Below, one piece after another: positions 26,955 to 40,528 of a DNA stretch of 64,000 nucleotides. Position 1 is the first letter of the stretch. Each line of letters begins with the position of its first letter. Source of the DNA: Vicugna vicugna (lineage: Eukaryota); NCBI GenBank assembly GCA_013265495.1, contig MU058337.1, positions 6,988,716-7,052,715 on the forward strand. Direction: 5' to 3'. Position numbers and translations under genes: made by a program. The notes beneath the pieces were generated by a model that was given only the letters and a program-made list of their open reading frames with translations, was not told the origin of the DNA and did not search any database.

Positions 26955-27057
26955 TTTCTTTCTTTCTTTTTTCTTAATGGAGGTACTGGGGATTTAACCT
27001 AGGACCTTGAACATGAGAAGCATGCTCTCTACCACTGAGCTATATACCCTCTCTCCC
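26955..27057 (-). mobile_element. tRNA-derived SINE (camelid Vic-1 type)
   Basis: Reverse complement GGGTATATAGCTCAGTGGTAGAG...GGTCCTAGGTTAAATCCCCAGTACCTCC plus A-rich tail; A and B boxes present. Confidence 0.85.
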
Positions 27058-29291
27058 TTTAAAAAAATTTTTTTTATGTAGCAAAATTTTTAATTACTAA
27101 TTCAGTTCTCCCAATTGCTTAAAAAATACGATTTTTAGAGGACAGCTCTCCATTAAGCTCTGTTGTCGCTGCAGGTTAGGCAATAGCAACTTCATCCTCT
27201 GCAGCAGGAGCCAGCAGGACTCCACCCTCTTGGCCCCTTCCACCAGGGCGAGGTGGACCGGCACTTCCTCCCTGTCCTCTCAGCCGCAGGAGAATGACCT
27301 AATGGCTTGAAAAAAATTTTTTTCAAAAACCTATCAGTATAACTTCAAAATATTATTGAATTTCACAAGCTGGAAAAGTCAGTCATGAAATCAACCAGTC
27401 AGGTCCCTGTGTTTTTAGAGATACAGTTCCCTAGGCCCTGATTTCTGACTGAACCCTTATCGCCTAGACATTCTACACCCCCAGAGGGGAGGAGGTTGCT
27501 TGCCGCCTTCTGTGCTTCTGCCTTGGGATTTCGCCTGTGCCTGTCATGTGGGCAGTCAACCATGGCTTATTAAATGAATGAATCTCTGCCTACTTAATGT
27601 GGTTAACTATGTTTTTTGCAATCCTCATAATTTAAAATATTTAAACATTGTAATTATCTTTGTTTCCCTTTTTGCCCAAGATGAAAAATCTGTGTACTCA
27701 GGTTTCCGTTCATAAATGCACTGATTCTATACAAGTGTATGCTTCTTTATTTATTCTTTAATTGGGCAGGTATGTTTTATACTTTGGTATAGGTTTAATG
27801 TCCTGCAAGAGATGTCAGTGGTATGACTTTAGTTGCAAGGCTTGATGAAAACCCAGAACAAAGCAAATAGGAGCATGTCCACAAGCCTGTGTCGTGCAGA
27901 GTCCAATCTAACTTTTTTGTGCGTCAGGGATAAAAACCCAAACTTACGGATAGCTCTGGTTAGTTACGGATGGTTTTGGGATGTAATTTTGCACGTGGAT
28001 GCCTGATGTTCTAAATGTTCCAAAATACGCTCTAAGTTTAAAAAGTTAAAAAAAAAAGAAGCATTTATAAGAGTAAAATGGTACTTTAAAACATTTGTAA
28101 TCACATAGTGAAGAAATTGAAAAGTTGTTTGGCTCCCACATCTGACTTTGTTCTTAACCCTCCTCTGCTCTTTACTCCACCACGGAGGGATAATATAAAA
28201 AACTTACACTACCTACCCTTCACAACCTTGCTGACAGAGTGCTTAGCATAGAGCCTGGTCCAGGGGAAGCACTGGCTGGTGTTGCTGTAGTTATTTTCAT
28301 GGCCTTGGGATGCAGGGGAGTTTGCTTCAGAAAGCCCTGGGGCCTGAAGTATGAAATAGATAAAAAGGCTCACAGTATAAACAATGACTTTAAGTAAGCA
28401 GAATAGAGACTTTGTTCATGATGTTCATGAGTCAAGTCAACCTATACAGAAAATCGTTAGCTGGTGGCAACTAAGTCAAACACTTCACCTGTTGATTTTG
28501 ACTCAATCGTATTTGAAGATCTGGTGGATGTGACGTTATAATAATCTTAAGTGCTCAGTGCTTAAGTGCTCAGTGGCTGCTCAGTGGCTCCTCCTGGACA
28601 GGAGAATGAAAGACACTGTATGTTGGTTGAGGCTGTCAGGTAGCAAGGTGGTTTAATGCACTCTGTAGGTTAGTGTGACATGGAATCCTGGGCGTTGGGA
28701 TGCCCCATACATTGTACATTCTCCATACACATGCACACGAAGAGGTCATGGTACCACTGAATTGGAACTAAATCTTTCTTCCTAGTTACCTCACACCGTC
28801 CCTTATAACTAGCATGAAAATCTAAGGGCACATGTATGTAATGCTGACTAACAGTGCATGTTGTAACATTAGTAAATACCATGACAGTGTCTTTAGGTTC
28901 AAACTTTCCATTTGCTTTCGTGTTCTTGTAGAAGCCACAAGGCTTCTAAGGAGCCAAATGCTTTTAAGGCAGAAACAGCATATTGTTATGTAAGTGCAGC
29001 AAGAGGAGGTGAAGTTTGTCTCCTTGGAACATCTGCTTCTGGATCATGAATGATGGTGTCTTAAAGTGACCCCTCTCCCAAGGGCAGTGTTTCAGCAGTT
29101 CTTAAGCTTCATAGGAACCTCTGATTGTGGAATTTCAGGCATGAAAAGCTTGAGGGGAAAGAATGTTTTTGATGTTTGTGTGGGCGTGAATTCATAAACT
29201 TTCTCAAATGTTTGCCAAAAGTCATCACATGTCTTTTTTCTTTTCCTCTTATGCTTTATATATTTTTTTTACCTTCTCCTCTTCCAAATAG

Positions 29292-29374
29292 TGCATCAAA
29301 ACTTATAACTCAGACTGGCATCTTGTGAACTATAAATATGAAGATTACTCAGGAGAGTTTCGACAGCTTCCAAA
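29292..29374 (+). CDS. DOCK9: DOCK9 exon ~4 (CIKTYNSDWHLVNYKYEDYSGEFRQLP)
   Basis: aaatag|TGC ... AA|gtgagt; 83 nt, ends in phase 2. Confidence 0.97.
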
Positions 29375-30567
29375 GTGAGTAAATGATCAGACCACACAAG
29401 GTGGGGTTATACATACAGGGGAAGTTCTTTGTACTTGAAATGCCTAGGGAGGTGCATAACTTCACATGCAGTCAGAGTGATTAGAGAAAATATTTCCAGA
29501 TTGTTTGTGTGTATATGGTGTAGCTATTGTTTACGGGGTATTTAATAATAGGCCTGAAGCCTGGTACTCTGGGATTGGTGGGTGGTAATAAACACATGGA
29601 TAGTTTGTTTATGTTCATGATTCTGCTCAGGGTACCACTGATAAAACACAAACAGGTGAGGTTTTTTTTTTCAGTGAGAAATAGAAAACAAAGAAAATCT
29701 AAGTGTATTTAAATAGAAAACAAAGAAAATATCAGTGCTGGAGTGTGTTTTATATTAAAAAGAATATTTTGAAGAGACATGAAAAGCATTTTATAGTGAG
29801 TAAATTTTATGTTTTAAAAAAAGTACATCAAAGAACAAGCATTTTCCCAAATTTCTGTAACTCTTTTAAAGTATTAACTCATTTCCGAATACACCAAGAG
29901 CAAGAGTGTTCAGATTAATTAACAGTGGTTAAGTGAACCAGGTATAGATAGGCCCTGCCTTGAGAGGATATCTGCTCTAAAACGGTACATCCTGAAATGA
30001 TGAAGTTGGCAAATTTTAGTTCATTATGAAAATTGAAAGCAATTAATGATGGATTGTGTTTCAGAAGTAATTGTTGTCAGTGAAAATTTTACTTGGAGCC
30101 CTATTAATATATTTTTCTTCGTGTTTGTTGCATCTGTTAAGTTTGAACTGTTTATACTGTTCTCGGTGGACCTAGCTGTTTGTTTTCTCTCTTTGTGTGG
30201 TTCAGCCACTCCTTAAAAGTGTTCAGCCAACTTCCCGATTGCCTCGTCTTAAACCTCAGCTGAAAATAGTCCCTTCTAGCATTGTCTTCTCCAGATGAGT
30301 GTGCTGCTTAGTTCTGTATTTACCCAGTACTCATTTGGGGACTTAATGCTTCCCACTGGATTGGGTTAACCTGTCTTCACTGATAGTCTTATTCATGCTG
30401 TTCTCAGGACTGAAAGAGAACAGACTGAGGATATGGTGTATTCACTATATGACACACTTTTACTGCTGATAGGTTTTGCCTCTTGGCTTTAATAAGAGTT
30501 TGAATTGTGTGATGAGAAGGAGAGGGAGGTCCTCACAATGATAGATTCTGTAGTCTGCCTGCACCAC

Positions 30568-30730
30568 CTACTTACTCTGTCCCCTGGAAGCCTCAGTTTC
30601 CTCATCTGTTAAATGGTCTTAGCACCAGTCCCCACCATCAGAAGGACTAAAGGAGATAACGTATGTAAAGTACACAGCACAGTGCCTAGTGCATAGTAAC
30701 TGTTTAATAAAGGCTGACTGCTATGGTTAT
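30568..30730 (+). mobile_element. MIR
   Basis: GCCTCAGTTTCCTCATCTGTTAAATGG...GTAAAGTACACAGCACAGTGCCTAG core. Confidence 0.8.
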
Positions 30731-30786
30731 TGTCCTGTTTTTGTTGTTAGTACTACCATCATTAAGACTGTGGTTCCCAATCACTT

Positions 30787-30925
30787 AATTTTTTTTGTTA
30801 ATTTTTCTTCAGTAGAGGGGGTAATCAGGTTTATTTATTTGTTTTTAGAGGAGGTACTAGGGATTGAACCCAGGACCTCATGCATGCTAAGCATGCACTC
30901 TGCCACCTGAGCTATATCCTCCCCC
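30787..30925 (-). mobile_element. tRNA-derived SINE (camelid Vic-1 type)
   Basis: Reverse complement GGGGGAGGATATAGCTCAGGTGGCAGAGTGCATGCTTAGCATGCATGAGGTCCTGGGTTCAATCCC; TSD TT(C/T)CCAATCACTT on both sides. Confidence 0.9.
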
Positions 30926-31260
30926 TTTCCAATCACTTTAAATGCAGTGACCTCATTTTAATATTTTCTTACATAAAGTTCATATTAAAAGTTATTCTTC
31001 CAAGTCTTTATTTATTAATACACTTTCCCATTTGTAATATACCAAACTCCCAACAAGTTATGCCATCGTTTCTACGTGGCCTTTGGGAGCTCTCCAACTC
31101 TTGGATCACCCACTTTGAAAAGCAACATCGTCGATCATTTTTAGCTGCATAGGCCAGCTTTGGATTTGTTGAAAGGCTGGTTCCTCTGATGGGGGAGGAA
31201 ATGCAGCCTCTCTTCATAGATGAGGTAATTATAAAACCAATTTCTTTCTTCTTTTTAAAG

Positions 31261-31330
31261 CAAAGCGGCCAAGTTGGATAAACTTCCAGTTCATGTCTAT
31301 GAAGTTGACGAGGAGGTCGACAAAGATGAG
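31261..31330 (+). CDS. DOCK9: DOCK9 exon ~5 ((N)KAAKLDKLPVHVYEVDEEVDKDE)
   Basis: ttaaag|C ... GAG|gtagga; 70 nt. Confidence 0.97.
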
Positions 31331-33173
31331 GTAGGATGTTTGTCTACGGATTTAAAAATTGAATTAGTTCACAGAGTTAGGAGATTAATTGGAAAATTTC
31401 CAACATTTAGCCAAAACAGGAATTGGAATGTTTCTTGAAGCAAGGAAGGAGTTTTTTTAAATGTATTGTTTACTTGACTGAAATACGGTCTCTATTTCAA
31501 CTTGACTGCTTGGCATTGCCTGTTCTTCTGGTCCTGTTTATTTGTTGTGAGGTCATTTTCAAAGACCTGGATAAGATTTGGCTACACTGTTAAAAGATCA
31601 AGATTATTTAGACCTAAAGTTTAGGCTTTTTTTTAGCAGGATATTGGAAACAAACTGGCAGCCAGTAGATTTTAAATGGCCATTTCTTCTGTGACTGCTC
31701 TGAGAGAAGTAGATACTACCCAGGAGCTCTGATTTTAACAAGCCCACTTCCCCTACTATTGGAGAAATGATTATGGCCAGATAAGTGTACAAAGAGAGCT
31801 AGGCATTAAGGTGACTGTGTCCACTGAGCAAGGAAAACCTAATAAAAAGTTAGTGCCGCCCATCTCTGCGTTTCTTACTCCCCCCTAATCAGTACTGGAT
31901 GCCTCATTGTGAATTTAGGGGGTTTTTCCTTTCTTTTTTTTTTTTTTCGTCAGCTAAGACATTACACCAACCATTCGAGTGTTAGCAGTGTCCATGGGAG
32001 CCAGTTATTTTAGAAACCACTTTAAAAATATTCTGGGAAGAGTAAGTAGTCATTCAAAATGATACAAGATACGAAAAATGAACAAGATATTAAACACTTG
32101 ATGCTGATTAATAGTAAGAGGAGGATTGATTGAAATACTGCATGTAAGGGTGCACAACAAACTGTAAAATCCTGGACAGTTACTCCTATCATTCCTAATA
32201 ATAATAACAACAATAAAACCATCAATATCAAAATCGAGGTGGTCTAAAACAAAGCGTAAGATGGGTCTTTCTGAAGCTGTCTTCTTGATTACAGAAGCAA
32301 AGATCATAATTAGACTAGTCTTTAGGAGGTCTTGGCTGGGTGACCTGATGCCATGTGGCCCTCTCGTTCCATAGTACCTATGAAGTGTGTGTCGGGCACA
32401 GACTTCTAGGGGCTAAGACATCACAAGGGAGCATCTTAGAGAGTGAGGAAGAGGCCCACTTCAGGGTGTGGTGAAGGATCTGCCACATTGTGTATTTGTG
32501 TGTGTGTGTCTGTTTCATCTGTCTGCTTATTACATGTACAAATATATGTCTAATAGATTTTTAGCCGCAGCTGGCAGCCCCATGCCCTTAAACCTAGATC
32601 TCAGAGCTGGAGTCAGAACTCAAGGAAATATGTTTCTTCACTTTTCTAGCTGCTGCCCTTCACTTTTCTCTCTCCCCTTTCCTCTCTCCCTGTTGTGTTC
32701 TTGCCTCTCTTCCCATCTGTTCTGTTGCCCCAGCGTTTTATCTCTCCTTTCTCTATTGCCTCATATTTCCTTCCTTTCTTATTCACCTTTCCCTGAACTA
32801 AGCATCTGGGAAGTTTTCCAAGAATTTGCTTTTGTCCTCCAACTCTAGGGGAGTGTAATGTGAAAACATTTTTCATGAAACCAGGCGAGACCTTACACCT
32901 CGAGTGGTCAAGTATGGTATGTACTTTCTGTGGCTCATTAAACACCTAAAAATAAAGGAAAAATTTTGGACCTGATCTAGCTGTACCTTTTAATGGACTG
33001 GAGTTTGCAGAAGTTCAGTCCTGCTCCCCTCACTGTACTGCTAAGTGGATTTAGTAGGTGTCTGTGCCAGCTGGTCACTCCAGTCACGTGGGGAGGGGCA
33101 GCCTGGCACAACTCCAGTGATTTCCCTTCGGTGACAATGGGAGATTGATTGTGGGGTGTCCCTTCTCTCCTAG

Positions 33174-33269
33174 GACGCCGCCTCCCTCGGCTCTCAGAAG
33201 GGTGGGATCACCAAGCACGGGTGGCTGTACAAAGGCAACATGAACAGTGCGATCAGCGTGACCATGAGG
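33174..33269 (+). CDS. DOCK9: DOCK9 exon ~6, start of PH domain ([32 protein letters not shown])
   Basis: tcctag|GAC ... AGG|gtaagg; 96 nt. Confidence 0.97.
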
Positions 33270-34244
33270 GTAAGGAGGCCCATCACCCTGCCTTCCCCTG
33301 AGTGAGCCCTCTTGCTGTAGGTCTTGGGAATGATGCTCAAGAGAAGTGGGTATGCTATTTTTCCCAACAAAAGAGACATTGTCTAGTTAGATACCCCCCT
33401 GATTGACCGACCACCGTGGATGCAGCCCATGGCTCCACCCCCTCCCCTGGTCACCCTCCGGCCACCAGCATGATGAGATCGTCGTTGGGCTGGTGTGAAG
33501 ACGCGGCCACCCTCACAGCCTTTCTTCTCTGTGTTAAACACAAAAGGGATGCTTAGTACCTCACAGAACATCACTGAGGGGCAACTGAAGTACTTCTGTG
33601 GATGTCTTACTGCAACAGAGTCCAGAAAAGCAGAAATCAAAAACTAAAAGGAAAATGGTTAAACTGTAAGGGGGTTGCCAAGAAAAAGTAAAACTAGTGT
33701 TAAAAGCCATTTAGAAGAGAAGGAGGACCAGAGAAAGACTGGGATTAACAGTAAAGAAAAAAGAAACAATGGAAGGAGGCAGGATGGACAGAGAGATAAA
33801 AATTAAATCAGGGAAAATGCTGACTGTCGCAATCCTGGGGCTGGAAAATCATCCAGTGTCATGAGGTAGGGAATAATTCCTCTTCCGTGTGAGCAAGAAA
33901 CCCTGGGGATTTGAGTAAGTTTCCATCTTTCTGAGCTGCATCCCAAATTGGAACTTACTGCACCACTTCTGGGTAGTTATGTAAAAATGTCCAATTCTGT
34001 GGGCAAAAAAAAATGACCCATGAATGTTAAGTGAACCAGCTCCTCAGCATTTAAATGCAGTGAAATTATTAGCTGTGATGGAGAGTCCTAACTCACCCAG
34101 TTACCTGGGGCATTGGCCAGAATTAGATTTGTTTTGGAGAGAAGTGGAATTGTATTTTACATAAGGGTATAGTTGTGAGTTATTGATAGAGATTGTGGCT
34201 CTTTTCAGTTTGAAGCAATAACTGTGTGCGTTTTCTTCTCTCAG

Positions 34245-34379
34245 TCATTTAAAAGGCGATTTTTCCACCTGATCCAACTTGGCGATGGGTCCTACAATTT
34301 GAATTTTTATAAAGATGAGAAGATCTCCAAAGAACCAAAAGGATCGATATTTCTGGATTCCTGTATGGGTGTGGTTCAG
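34245..34379 (+). CDS. DOCK9: DOCK9 exon ~7, PH domain ([45 protein letters not shown])
   Basis: tctcag|TCA ... CAG|gtaaat; 135 nt. Confidence 0.98.
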
Positions 34380-34574
34380 GTAAATGCCAATAGAGTTTTA
34401 TTACATCAAGTTTTCTCATTTGTAGAAGTGCCACCTACAAATTAGCAGATTTAAGCCAACACTTTGAAACCTGTCAATGTTTGTGGTAGAAATATAATAG
34501 CTGACTCAAAAATGAGTAAAGCCTTGTTTTTCATCATTTTAGAAGACAGTAGGTATAACGTAAAAGCAGAATTA

Positions 34575-35065
34575 CGTTGTAGTGGGCCCAAGTGCTCTGG
34601 TGTATGAGTTCTTGTGTTTAAGACCTGGCTGAGGTACTTTTTAACTGTGTGACCCTAGGCTGATTCTTAACTGAAGTTACTTCATAGGCAGATATTCAGA
34701 TAATGATAATATGTCCTTAATAGGGTAAGAGGATTGGATGAGTTAACTGGAAATATTCAGAACAGTTCTTAGCATCTCAGGGATGACTTTTATCACTGCC
34801 ATCCTAGTACCAATGGCCGAGTAGTATATTGGTCAGAAGCTTGGGTTTCAGATTCAGACTGAGTTCACATCCCTGCTCTATCCCTTACCAGCTCTGTAAC
34901 CATGGAGATATCATGTAACGTCTCTGGGCCTCAGCTTCCTCATTTGTTAAATAGGAGTAACAACAGTGCCAAATACAGTTATGGAGAGGATTAATCAATA
35001 CCTACAAAGAGCTTCGAGCAGTGCTGGCACATGGTGAGCATTCAGCTGGTATTAGGTTATCATAG
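34575..35065 (+). mobile_element. two tandem MIR copies
   Basis: ACTGTGTGACCCTAGGC and TCTCTGGGCCTCAGCTTCCTCATTTGTTAAATAGG...TGGCACATGGTGAGCA. Confidence 0.7.
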
Positions 35066-37007
35066 CACTGTTAGATTTGTAGAGTTATTCTTCACAATTA
35101 TTTAAGTATACATAATACATGAATGTATTCGTATTATAAAAGGTTAGACAATACAGCTAGTGTGGAAGTCTCTGTTGACCCCCATCTCTCCCTTTCCCGA
35201 GGAGGTGCCGTTACCATCTTGGCATGCCTCCTTCTGTTCCCTTGTAGAGATTTGAAAGCAGGTTGCCAGTTCTCCTGTCTGTCCGTTCATCCATCCACCC
35301 GTCCATCTGTCCACTCCCCTCCCATTTCCCAGGAGGGTCTAAGGCAGCAATTTACAAAGATACATAAAACACAGGATATTGTAAGTTTAAAGTGGGTGTG
35401 AAAGGTGAACAAGGAGTCGGGGTAGGAAGGAGATGGAGTGGGATTAAGTTAAGGAAGAAGCATATATTTTAAAGACCCAACATCCGCTCTGGGTGGGAGA
35501 CAGACCAGGCTGCACGCTCTCTCGCTTGGAGACCCTTCAGCTGCACAGTGCAAGTAGACACAGACAATCCAGTTAGTCAGAAGCTGCCCAAGTAATCTTA
35601 GAATGAAGCTCATTCAGGCATTTCTCCTGGGGCCCGCATACAGAGGGCACTGTGTGATTAACGAGCAATCTCCTTGATGACTCCTCACAATAGATGCAGT
35701 CACCGTTATCAGAGAATTCTTCCTTAAAAGGACTCAGTGTTGGCTGATGACATCGGCTCCAAGCTCGCTTCTGTAAGAAAGCTTGTTTTGTGGGGCCATT
35801 GTGACTAAGGTTAGAGACACAGCCCCCTGGTTTGACCCTCAGGTAGACGTGTTTGTGTATTCATGTGTTTACTTAAAATTGCATTTTCATCCAGATAATG
35901 TGTTCATCTGGTTTCAGCAGACAGTACAGGAAGGTAGCGCTAAAGGCATATTACTGCCAGCATCAGCTCCACTTCACCTACTCCCCACTCCCTGAAATAA
36001 TCATTTTCAACTTTCCCCACAATTTTTTTCTGAGATCTGCCTCCCTATCACTAAATAAGGAGTGTTTGCTTCTCTTCATTCGTCAGTCATGGACATTATA
36101 CGATGGTGGAGAGGACTGTAGCTCCTGCACCCTCCTTCCTGCTCGCATCTGGACTCATTGCTTTCCCAGCCTCTGCACAGTCACCAGCCTGTAAATTCCC
36201 TTCCCCTTCCACCCCATGTCAGATTCCCTGTTTCCAGGATCCTGTGTCTTCTTTCTCATTTTACTTTCTTGTTTTGGAGGAACACATGCTCCAGTAGCTT
36301 CCTGGGAAATCATATGTAAGATCTTAATGTTTTGAGAGTTAGTATATCTGGGATATCTTTAATTTTGCATTCATACTTGATTGATAGTTTGGCTGGATGT
36401 GGAAATCCAAGGTGAAATTTACCTTAGAATTTGGAGGCATTCCATTGTCTTCTAGATGAGAGTGTTGTTTTGGGGTCTGAGGCTGTTCTTATTCCCTGTT
36501 CTTCATGGTCTTCTCTTTATCTCTGGTGACCTGACACTGAGATTATTGTATCTTGATTTAGAATTTTTGGTAAGCTTTTTTGTTAAGGCATAATATATAA
36601 GTAGAAAATATATACATAATGAATGTATGACAGAGTTTTACTGAGTTTGGATCTCTATTATCTACTTGTGCTGGGATCTCTGTTCTTGTTCTGGAGACTC
36701 TGGTCAGCACATTCCAGCCACCTGGGTCTTCCTGAACTCTGGGCAGTCTCTTCAGACAGCAGGACTGTAGGACTTTGCTCGGGCACAGCTTCCTGTGCCA
36801 CGGTCCAGATACAGCCTGCAGACCAAAAGCTGAGGTGATGATGGGCTCACCTCATTTACTTCCTTTCTATCTGGGGTACAAGGCTGCCCTGGCTGCTGAG
36901 AGATACCTGAAAACAGTTGCTGCATCTATTTTGCCCAGTTCTCTAGTGGTTATCATGGGAGAGTAAGTCCAGACCCTGTTACTTCTTCTCAGCCAGCATG
37001 GAACTTA

Positions 37008-37300
37008 GGGGTCCAAACTCAGGTGGCTGCAGGAACCAAGCAGTGAAATTAAATGAAAGAAGAGGCCTGGGTGTACAGCGGTAGGGAATGCTGGGGACTA
37101 TGACAAACTGGAGCACAGGTGGTCCAGTTTAAAGGGGCAGCTGCTGCTGCTTGGCAGAACCACCAGCTCAGGGCTGCCAGATCATCTGGTTTTTCAAGAG
37201 AACCAGAAATATAAATTTTTAGTTAAATCTTGGTATTTTTAATTATTGGTAACTAATTTAAAAACAACAACAAAAACAAAAACACTGTGCAGAACCAAAA
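37008..37300 (+). mobile_element. MER102-like hAT-Charlie element
   Basis: CAAACTCA...GGGGACTATGACAAACTGGAG...TGCCAGATCATCTGGTTTTTCAAGAGAA...AAACACTGTGC. Confidence 0.7.
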
Positions 37301-38607
37301 TTTAAAAGGGTAGAATACATGAAAATGTGTTTAGGTCCCAGATCAAGATGATAACACCAATTAGTGTTCCCTGAAAATCATTTTTGCATCAAATCTAATC
37401 AGCACACAGCAGTCTCTGGTAGTCATCCAACTTCAGCTGAAAGCTGCCCCTCTGGAAACCACATTATATCAAAGTATGTCAACTCACAGCGTAAAGGAAG
37501 GCATACCAGAACACCTTGTCAATGACAGTGAAATAACTTCCTGTGTGTTTTTCCCACATAGGAGTTTATTTGTATCCTTAAACTGAGAGACCTTTTAAGT
37601 TTATTTTTTAGTTGAGCTTTCTGGCATTGACTTTTTTAAAATGTTTATAAGCAAAACTAAATATATTTGGCAATTTCATTTGGAAGGTAGAAGGAATTAC
37701 TTTTGTTTTGTAAGAGAGTTTTATTACCTGTCTTCAGTGGAGTGTATAGGTGATTTATATAATGCAACATCCTTGATCATTTAGTCTCAACATCTTGATC
37801 ATTTAGTGCATTTCAGAATCTAAGGTTCTGACTTCAGTGGACGTCTCTTCCTTCAAATTCTTTTAGCAGATGTGGCTGATACTGTTTTTCATTTAATGAA
37901 TTGTATCTAAGGCTTCAAAAATTGTAAATACTATGTTTTTATCCACATCTGTTTATAAGCTAACGTCCAAAAGTTATAGCTTCAGTGTTTTGGGGTTTTT
38001 TTCTTAATATTGCTTTTGGATGTTGTAAAAAAATTAGTTGATTAATGCTGTGAGTTTAAGAAAGAACCTGAACTAGAAAGAACCAGTTGTAAATCTTGAG
38101 CCCTAAAAGTATTTTAGAACCTTAAAGTTGATAACACTTATTTGGCAGGTAAGGAAACTGATCCTCAGAAAGAGGAATAATTCAGAATTAGGCCTAATGC
38201 TCGCCCTACTTTTCACTTTTTATTTTCATAATAGTGAGTACGTGAGGGGCATGGGGGAGAGAATGTTCATTTCCAGCCTGTGGCCCCTGCTCTGACTCTT
38301 GCCATGAAGTGTGAGGTGCATGGTATGGCCCACCTGGCCTTCTGTGCACAGCAGTCCGTGTGCTCCGCCCAGGGTGGCACTCTCCTGAGAACCTCGCTGC
38401 AGAGGGCACAGTGATGCCTTTGAGGGGGTTGCCCTGTCCCTGAAACCTATACTGAGAGCCCACCCAGGGGCTGCAGCTCACCAGCTAGAATTTCAGTGGA
38501 TGAGTGCTCCGCTCTGCCCCCACATCCTGGGGAGTTTGTGATGTCATATCCCTCAGCCTTTACCTACCAGGAATCTTGTGTCCTGTTCCCCAGAGCTGAC
38601 CCTCCAT

Positions 38608-38810
38608 CTAGTGCAGTCACCAGGGTGATTTTACCCCCTGGAGATGTTTGATAATATCTGGAGACACGGTTTGATCTTCACAACTGAGATGTGTGCTGCT
38701 GGCATCCAGTGGGTAAGGCCAGGCTGCTGAACAGCCAACAGTGCACAGGGTGACCCCACAACAGAGTGTCATCACTCCAAGTATCAGTAGTGCCAAAGTG
38801 GAGGAACCCT
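38608..38810 (+). mobile_element. MER20 DNA transposon
   Basis: GGTGATTTTACCCCC...TCTGGAGACA...CTGGCATCCAGTGGGT...AGTAGTGCCAAAGTGGAGGAACCCTG. Confidence 0.8.
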
Positions 38811-39099
38811 GGGCTCAGGCACATTCATTCATCATTGTTTAATGCACATGGATGCTGTTTTTATACTTCGAGTAAGCCCCCCTTTCACAGGCATAAAAAC
38901 GGGAGGCATGAGGAAAGCTGGGGGAAGGTAGACATGGTATCTAAATACCTTTTGGGACTCAAAAATGATGAGAAAATTCCAGATAAGGAAATCAGACATA
39001 TTGATAGATAACACTTTGCTTTTTAAAATATAATACCACACACTACTTCACTTCAACAAATAGGAGCTAGAAGAATTGAAATTTTTCAGTGAAATTTCG

Positions 39100-39350
39100 T
39101 TCATTCATATATTTTTTAAGAGCCTATTATTTTCCAGGCAGTGTTCTAGAAATAGGGATGTAGCATTGAACAAAAGAAGTCTCTGCTCTGAGGCACTTCC
39201 ATTCTATTGAATGAGACAGGCCACAAATAAGATAAATATGTGAAATATGTAGTATGTCAGGTGGGAAAATAAAACCGTGAAGAAAAGAAGGCAGGGAAGG
39301 TGGGTAGTGATGGGGGTTTATGGGGGGAGGGGCTCCCCTTTTAAAATAAC
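39100..39350 (-). mobile_element. L2 3' end
   Basis: TTCATTCAT...GAGCCTATTAT..CCAGGCAGTGTTCTAG...TGAACAAAA. Confidence 0.65.
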
Positions 39351-39461
39351 TTGGTCTGAAATGCCAATGAGATCCTACCCATTAGCAGATAATGAAGAGA
39401 AGAATTTTTAAGGCTGTCCAGTCCTTTTAAAATGCATCTCTTTACCCTTTTTCCATTTCAG

Positions 39462-39636
39462 AACAACAAAGTCAGGCGTTTTGCTTTCGAGCTCAAGATG
39501 CAAGACAAAAGCAGTTATCTTTTGGCAGCAGACAGTGAAGTGGAAATGGAAGAGTGGATGACAATTCTGAACAAGATTCTCCAGCTCAACTTTGAAGCTG
39601 CGATGCAAGAAAAGCGAAATGGAGACTCTCACGAAG
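39462..39636 (+). CDS. DOCK9: DOCK9 exon ~8, end of PH domain (NNKVRRFAFELKMQDK...EEWMTILNKILQ...NGDSHE)
   Basis: tttcag|AAC ... GAAG|gtaggc; 175 nt, ends in phase 1. Confidence 0.98.
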
Positions 39637-39849
39637 GTAGGCGAGTGTAGCTTTCCCCTTTGTGCGTGCACACTCTGCGGGTGTCTTAGACTTTGCCAGA
39701 GGGTATAGGAAGTAGGCAGATGACTGCACAGGTGCATGGAGGTGGGACAGATGTGAGCTCTTTACAGACGGCCTGTCAGCAAAGGTTTTGTCACAGTAGA
39801 ATGCACTCCTCTGGCATCATTTGTATAAGGAAATCATGTCACGGGAAGA

Positions 39850-40090
39850 ATCATAGCTTTGGACGCAGAAAGGAAGACCTGAGTTCCTCCTGAGCCTTCC
39901 CAGCAATACCATCTTTCAGCTGTGCGATCTCGGGCAAGCTACTTACAATTTTGGAACCTTAGTTTACTCACCTGTAAGATGAGAATTAAAAACAGAACTT
40001 GCTGGTCAATGGGAAGATTAAATAAAAAAAAATGTATCTCAAGTACCTGGCATAGAGTCAGCACTTAAAATACTAACTGTAGTTTCTATT
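39850..40090 (+). mobile_element. MIR
   Basis: AGCTGTGCGATCTCGGGCAAGCTACTTA...CCTTAGTTTACTCACCTGTAAGATG...CCTGGCATAGAGT. Confidence 0.75.
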
Positions 40091-40217
40091 CTTATCATTA
40101 ATCATATCCTTTGGAATTTTCAAGTCAAACTCAGGATGGGCGGAAGCCTCAGATTAAGTTGGTGGGGGAAATCTGGCTACGTTCTTGACAATTCGTGCTT
40201 TATGTCAAGCCCTTGGA

Positions 40218-40528
40218 CAGGTGATTATTCCCAACCCTGGCTGTGCATCAAAAGTGCCTGGGAACTTTTAACAAATACCCTTACCTTTGTCCCACCGGAG
40301 ATTCTGATTTCGTTGGCCTGAGCTGGTGCCTGGGCAGGCCTGACTCTCAGCGAGCCTGGTGGGTGTGGCCCTGTGAGCTAGTGTCCACAGCTAGTGTCAG
40401 TTCTGGTTAGACAGTGTCCATTCTGTTGCAACCGTCAGATGTTTAACGCTCACCACTGGGCCTGGTGTCAGCATTTTTAAAAGGCTCTGAAGTGTTTCAA
40501 GGGGGCATCCAAAGTTAAAAACCACTGT
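40218..40528. mobile_element. MER5A-like element, interrupted by about 130 bp of other sequence
   Basis: CCCAACCCTGGCTG.GCATCA...GAGATTCTGATTT and GCATTTTTAAAAG...AAGTTAAAAACCACTG halves. Confidence 0.6.

Noticed and set aside
31211..31230. Micro-exon-like catag|ATGAG|gtaatt that repeats the end of exon 5
   Set aside because: It is 5 nt (frameshifting) and only 36 nt from the exon 5 acceptor, too short for an intron. A 10-nt match is plausible by chance.
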